This document shows, one piece after another, positions 58,155-64,000 of a stretch of DNA of 64,000 nucleotides. This DNA is from Macrostomum lignano. Lineage: Eukaryota. The notes beneath the pieces were generated by a model that worked only from the letters and a program-made list of their open reading frames with translations, made no database searches and was not told where the DNA came from. Location: the NCBI GenBank assembly GCA_002269645.1, contig NIVC01003448.1, positions 1-64,000 on the forward strand. Reading direction: 5' to 3'. Position numbers and translations under genes: made by a program. The number at the start of each line of letters is the position of its first letter. Position 1 is the first letter of the stretch.

Positions 58155-61100
58155 AGATCTGTCAGTAGGGGATCTGTCAGTAGAGGATCTGTCAGCAGGG
58201 GATCTGTCAGTAGGGAATCTGTCTGTAGGGGGGATCTGTCAGTAGGGGATCTGTCAGCAGGGGATCTGTCTGTAGGGAATCTGTCTGTAGGGGGGATCTG
58301 TCAGTAGGGGATCTGTCAGCAGGGGATCTGTCTGTAGGGGGGATCTGTCAGTAGGGGATCTGTCAGTAGGGGATCTGTCAGTAGGGGATCTGTCAGTCAG
58401 TAGGGGATCTGTCAGTAGGGGATCTGTCAGTAGGGGATCTGTCTGTCAGTAGGGGATCCGTCAGTCAGTAGGGGATCTGTCTGTCAGTAGGGGATCCGTC
58501 AGTCAGTAGGGGATCCGTCAGTCAGTAGGGGATCTGTCAGTCAGTAGGGGAACTGTCAGTAGGGGATCTGTCAGTCAGTAGGGGATCTGTCAGTCAGTAG
58601 GGGATCAGTCAGTAGGGGATCTGTCAGTCAGTAGGGGATCTGTCAGTCAGTAGGGGATCTGTCAGTCAGTAGGGGATCTGTCAGTAGGGGATCTGTCAGT
58701 AGGGGATCTGTCAGTCAGTAGGGGATCTGTCAGTCAGTAGGGGATCTGTCAGTAGGGGATCTGTCAGTAGGGGATCTGTCAGTCAGTAGGGGATCTGTCA
58801 GTCAGTAGGGGATCTGTCAGTAGGGGATCTGTCAGTAGGGGATCTGTCAGTCAGTAGGGGATCTGTCAGTCAGTAGGGGATCTGTCAGTCAGTAGGAGAT
58901 CTGTCAGTCAGTAGGGGATCCGTCAGTCAGTAGGGGATCTGTCAGTAGGGGATCTGTCTGTCAGTAGGGGATCTGTCAGTAGGGGATCTGTCTGTCAGTA
59001 GGGGATCTGTCTGTCAGTAGGGGATCCGTCAGTCAGTAGGGGATCTGTCAGTCAGTAGGGGATCTGTCAGTAGGGGATCTGTCAGTCAGTAGGGGATCTG
59101 TCAGTAGGGGATCTGTCAGTCAGTAGGGGATCTGTCAGTAGGGGATCTGTCAGTCAGTAGGGGATCTGTCAGTAGGGGATCTGTCAGTCAGTAGGGGATC
59201 TGTCAGTAGGGGATCTGTCAGTAGGGGATCTGTCAGTCAGTAGGGGATCTGTCAGTAGGGGATCTGTCAGTAGGGGATCTGTCAGTAGGCGATCTGTCAG
59301 TAGGGGATCTGTCAGTAGGGGATCTGTCAGTAGGCGATCTGTCAGTAGGGGATCTGTCAGTAGGGGATCTGTCAGTCAGTAGGGGATCTGTCAGTCAGTA
59401 GGGGATCTGTCAGTCAGTAGGGGATCTGTCAGTCAGTAGGGGATCTGTCAGTCAGTAGGGGATCTGTCAGTCAGTAGGGGATCTGTCAGTCAGTAGGGGA
59501 TCTGTCAGTCAGTAGGGGATCTGTCAGTCAGTAGGGGATCTGTCAGTAGGGGATCTGTCAGTCAGTAGGGGATCTGTCAGTCAGTAGGGGATCTGTCAGT
59601 AGGGAATCTGTCAGTAGGGGATCTGTCAGTCAGTAGGGGATATGTCAGTCAGTAGGGGATCTGTCAGTCAGTAGGGGATCTGTCAGTCAGTAGGGGATCT
59701 GTCAGTAGGGGATCTGTCAGTCAGTAGGGGATCTGTCAGTAGGGGATCTGTCAGTAGGGAATCTGTCAGTAGGGGATCTGTCAGTAGGAGATCTGTCAGT
59801 CAGTAGGGGCTCTGTCAGTAGCGGATCTGTCAGTCAGTAGGGGATCTGTCAGTAGGGGATCTGTCAGTAGGCGATCTGTCAGTAGGGGATCTGTCAGTAG
59901 GGGATCTGTCAGTCAGTAGGGGATCTGTCAGTCAGTAGGAGATCTGTCAGTCAGTAGGGGATCTGTCAGTCAGTAGGGGATCTGTCAGTCAGTAGGGGAT
60001 CTGTCAGTAGGGGATCTGTCAGTCAGTAGGGGATCTGTCAGTCAGTAGGGGATCTGTCAGTAGGGGATCTGTCAGTCAGTAGGGGCTCTGTCAGTAGCGG
60101 ATCTGTCAGTCAGTAGGGGATCTGTCGGTAGGGGATCTGTCAGTAGGGGATCTGTCAGTAGGGGATCTGTCAGTAGGGGATCTGTCAGTAGTGCATCTGT
60201 CAGTAGGGGATCTGTCAGTAGTGCATCTGTCAGTAGGGGATCTGTCAGTAGTGCATCTGTCAGTAGGGGATCTGTCAGTAGGGGATCTGTCTGTCAGTAG
60301 GGGATCTGTCAGTAGGGGATCTGTCAGTAGGGGATCTGTCAGTAGGGGATCTGTCAGTAGGGGATCTGTCAGTAGGGGATCTGTCAGTAGGGGATCTGTC
60401 TGTCAGTAGGGGATCTGTCAGTAGGGGATCTGTCAGTAGGGGATCTGTCTGTCAGCAGGGGATCTGTCTGTAGGGGGGATCTGTCAGTAGGGGATCTGTC
60501 AGTAGGGGATCTGTCAGTAGGGGATCTGTCAGTAGGGGATCTGTCAGTCAGTAGGGGATCTGTCAGTCAGTAGGGGATCTGTCAGTCAGTAGGGGATCTG
60601 TCAGTAGGGGATCTGTCAGTCAGTAGGGGATCTGTCAGTAGGGGATCTGTCAGTAGGGGATCTGTCAGTAGGGGATCTGTCAGTAGGGGATCTGTCAGTA
60701 GGGGATCTGTTAGTCAGTAGGGGATCTGTCAGTCAGTAGGGGATCTGTCAGTCAGTATGGGATCTGTCAGTAGGGGATCTGTCAGTCAGTAGGGGCTCTG
60801 TCAGTAGTGCATCTGTCAGTAGGGGATCTGTCAGTAGTGCATCTGTCAGTAGGGGATCTGTCAGTAGTGCATCTGTCAGTAGGGGATCTGTCAGTAGGGG
60901 ATCTGTCAGTCAGTAGGGGATCTGTCAGTAGGGGATCTGTCAGTCAGTAGGGGATCTGTCAGTAGGGGATCTGTCAGTCAGTAGGGGATCTGTCAGTAGC
61001 GGATCTGTCAGTCAGTAGGGGATCTGTCAGTCAGTAGGGGATCTATCAGTAGGGGATCTGTCAGTCAGTAGGGGATCTGTCAGTCAGTAGGGGATCTGTC

Positions 61101-61315
61101 AGTAGGGGATCTGTCAGTAGGGGATCTGTCAGTCAGTAGGGGATCTGTCAGTAGGGGATCTGTCAGTCAGTAGGGGATCTGTCAGTAGGGGATCTGTCAG
61201 TAGGGGATCTGTCAGTCAGTAGGGGATCTGTCAGTCAGTAGGGGATCTGTCAGTCAGTAGGGGATCTGTCAGTCAGTAGGGGATCTGTCAGTAGGGGATC
61301 TGTCAGTCAGTAGGG
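58155..61315. repeat. 3.2-kb satellite of 15/19-bp units (gtaggggatctgtca[gtca])
   Basis: About 180 units with GGGG tracts. Confidence 0.97.
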
Positions 61316-61348
61316 TAATGTCAGAAGAGGGGATCTGCCAGTAGAGCA

Positions 61349-61508
61349 GATATTCTGCATAATTTTAGAGCTCATCACGAATCAGCTGAGCCAGACATAC
61401 TACTTGTATTTGATCTCAAGCTCCCCAGCCCCACTGTACGCAAGAGCAGCTCTACCCAGGCCAGCATTCCAGTCTCACCCGGTTGCCAAAGTGGCAAGAA
61501 TAACAAAC

Positions 61509-61604
<96 letters not shown>

Positions 61605-62724
61605 TCACGTTGCAGCCCCGCAACGGCGAAACACGAGATGGAGGAGGGCGGGGGTTGATGGCGCACCCAGTCTCAGGCTCGGAGCAGTGCTGCAGCTGCT
61701 GCATAAGCTGGATCAATAATTGAATGGGGGCCACATTTTGAGAGCTATTCGAGTGTCTGATAGCCCCGCATTACAATGGAAGCTGCAATAACTGGTGCAG
61801 CAATTAAAACCCAGAATTAATGAGCAGCACAGAGCCGCAGGGGCCACTCATGCGAAGCTCTGAGCCGTTTCGGTTCGCTGATTGTGTTGAATTGAAGTTT
61901 CTCTCAGCAGCCGCTCGAAGCCACTGAGTGCTTCATCTCTATGCCTCATCTGTCAGAGGCTCTCATTGTTCCCGCTTATATTGTGAATTCAACCTTATGA
62001 ATCTTTTTATATGCTGTTAAAGGTTCAGAAAAGTTGAATTTCTTTCCTGTCCATGCAGAGTGTTTGCGTATTCGTTGGTTTTTTGGTTTTAATCATAAAA
62101 TATTGCTGGGTGGTGTGGCATGTTGCATTAGCAGATGCTATTAAAATGCAGGGCATCGAATGTCAGTGTCAATAATCCTTTTAGGCTGAAAGAATTCAAC
62201 TCTGTATGTATAACACATTTCTGGCTGCATAGCATAACACATTTTTGTCTGCATGCCTGCATAACACACACGCCTGCATAACACACACGCCTGCATAACA
62301 CACACGCCTGCATAACACACACGCCTGCATAAAACACACGCCTGCATAAAACACATGTCTGCAAAACACACACGCCTGCATAACACACACGCCTGCATAA
62401 CACACACGCCTGCATAACACACACGCCTGCATAACACACACGCCTGCATAACACACACGCCTGCATAACACACACGCCTGCATAACACACACGCCTGCAT
62501 AACACACACGCCTGCATAACACACACGCCTGCATAACACACATGTTTGCATAACACACATGTCTGCATAACCCTATACATGTATGTTAGTAGGTCATCTA
62601 TCAGTGTTTCAGGTCTGACGTTAAGGTGATATTCTGCATCATTTAGAAAGTTCATCAAGAATAATCCGAGCCCAGCCCAGCATTTTCAATCTCACCCGGT
62701 TGCCAAGTGGCAAGAATAACAAAC

Positions 62725-62786
<62 letters not shown>

Positions 62787-63640
62787 ACGTTGCTGTCCAG
62801 CTTCGGCGAAACACGAGATGGAGGAGGGCGGGGGGTTGATGGCGCACCCAGTCTCAGGCTCGGAGCAGTGCTGCAGCTGCTGCATAAGCTGCATCAATAA
62901 TTGAATGGGCCAATTTTTAGAGCTTTTCGAGTGGTTGGACAGACTCGATTTAACAATGGAAGCTGCAATAAGTGCTTCATCAGTAGGAGCAATTACTGAG
63001 CAGCACAGAGCCGCAGCTCTGAGCTGTTTCGCTTCACTGACCGTGTTGAATTGAAATTTCTCAGAGCAGTCGCTCGAAGCCACTGGGAAAGTGCTCAGCA
63101 TCGGAGCGGAAAAACAACAACCTCTACTCGTCTCGACCCCAGCAAGCCAAGCAGCCGACCTCAATGCCCAAAGGAAAATAACGAAGATGAGGTTTGAGAG
63201 CCAAACCAGCAGCTTGCGAACGCGTGACACAGAAGACCCAAAGGTTGCTTTGCATTTGTGCCCATGCGCTCTCTTTAACTAGAAAATACACCCTGCCTTG
63301 AATAATATTCGGTGCTGTGAGCTTTGAGATGTGAGCCTCACTCATAATACGCCTTCAGAGGCCAAGTGTTTGTGAGAGTCTTTCTGACATGCAAGCAGAG
63401 AAGACAACAGGAAAATAAAACCTGTTGCTGCCCATCTCTCGGGGGCTCTCGTTGTTCCAGCTTATTGTCAAATCTGTCCAATGAAGCAGTATTTCTTATA
63501 TTACTTGAGTGCTTGCACATTCGTTAGTTTTTTCATAATCATAAAATTTTCATAATAATATAATCATAAAATATTTCCTGATGGTTTGTTGCATTGGCAG
63601 GTGCCATCAATACCCAGCCCATCGAATTTCTAGTTTATTA
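61349..63640. repeat. diverged local duplication: ~61349-62180 versus ~62628-63640, each with a (CT)n tract
   Basis: Shared gatattctgcat..., aataacaaacaa(CT)n, cctcacgttg, ggcgaaacacgagatggaggagggcgggggttgatggcgcacccagtctcaggctcggagcagtgctgcagctgctgcataagctg, and cataaaatatt...catcgaat. (CT)n at 61511-61600 and 62727-62782. Confidence 0.85.
62258..62570. repeat. 17-bp minisatellite (cctgcataacacacacg)
   Basis: About 18 units between the two duplicate copies. Confidence 0.95.
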
Positions 63641-64000
63641 TAGTAACTCTAAGTAAGGTTTAGAATATCTCAAAAATGTAAAATTAAGCAAGACCCGATA
63701 CGCAGATGCAGTCATTCAAGATGCAGTCAGGTAAACCTGGTTGCCATGCAATTAAAGCATTAACATCTGAGCCGCCACAGGTGCCTGGCTCCCCTGCATT
63801 GGCGGCAGAAGCTCAGCAGGTATGAAAAGCAATTGGCAAGAGTTGCAGAGGCTGAGCACTGCTCAGTGGCCTGCTATGGGCCTCTTCTGTCCATCTTTCT
63901 CTCTGTGTGCGTTGGGGCACTGCGGCTCTTCCTGCCTTATCTACCACTCTGACGGCCATCTCCCTCATTTATCTACCTCTTTGAATACCCCTCTCCCTCC

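Overview
Eukaryotic (animal) genomic DNA with GC-rich exons and introns filled with minisatellites. This organisation suggests a free-living flatworm such as Macrostomum (inference only). Five host genes were reconstructed by hand from splice sites and phases: (1) the 3' ~2650 codons of an apoB/apolipophorin-like large lipid transfer protein (+, <1-11103); (2) a signal peptide-SRCR-SRCR-ZP protein (-, 23692-14536) with a GC-AG intron and two extra downstream exons giving a possible transmembrane isoform (to 12205); (3) a spliced 76-aa MGCGGSK microprotein missing from the ORF track (+, 25578-26164); (4) a secreted PAN/apple plus ALK/LTK-type glycine-rich protein (+, 29541-31108); (5) pyruvate kinase (+, 49195-55615) carrying an apparent 11-nt frameshifting deletion. 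The most striking structure is a 12.1-kb nested transposon at 32444-44570. It is a Mutator-like shell (about 185-bp TIRs, perfect 9-bp TSD) holding two head-to-tail Helitrons; one encodes an intron-containing OTU-Rep-Pif1 protein, and both carry a tRNA-like segment near their 5' ends. It is followed by a foldback MITE, a complete TRIM-like LTR element, tRNA-derived SINEs, decayed ORFs and a 3.2-kb satellite whose single-copy ancestor appears to survive in an adjacent duplicate. All calls were made by eye, without database searches.
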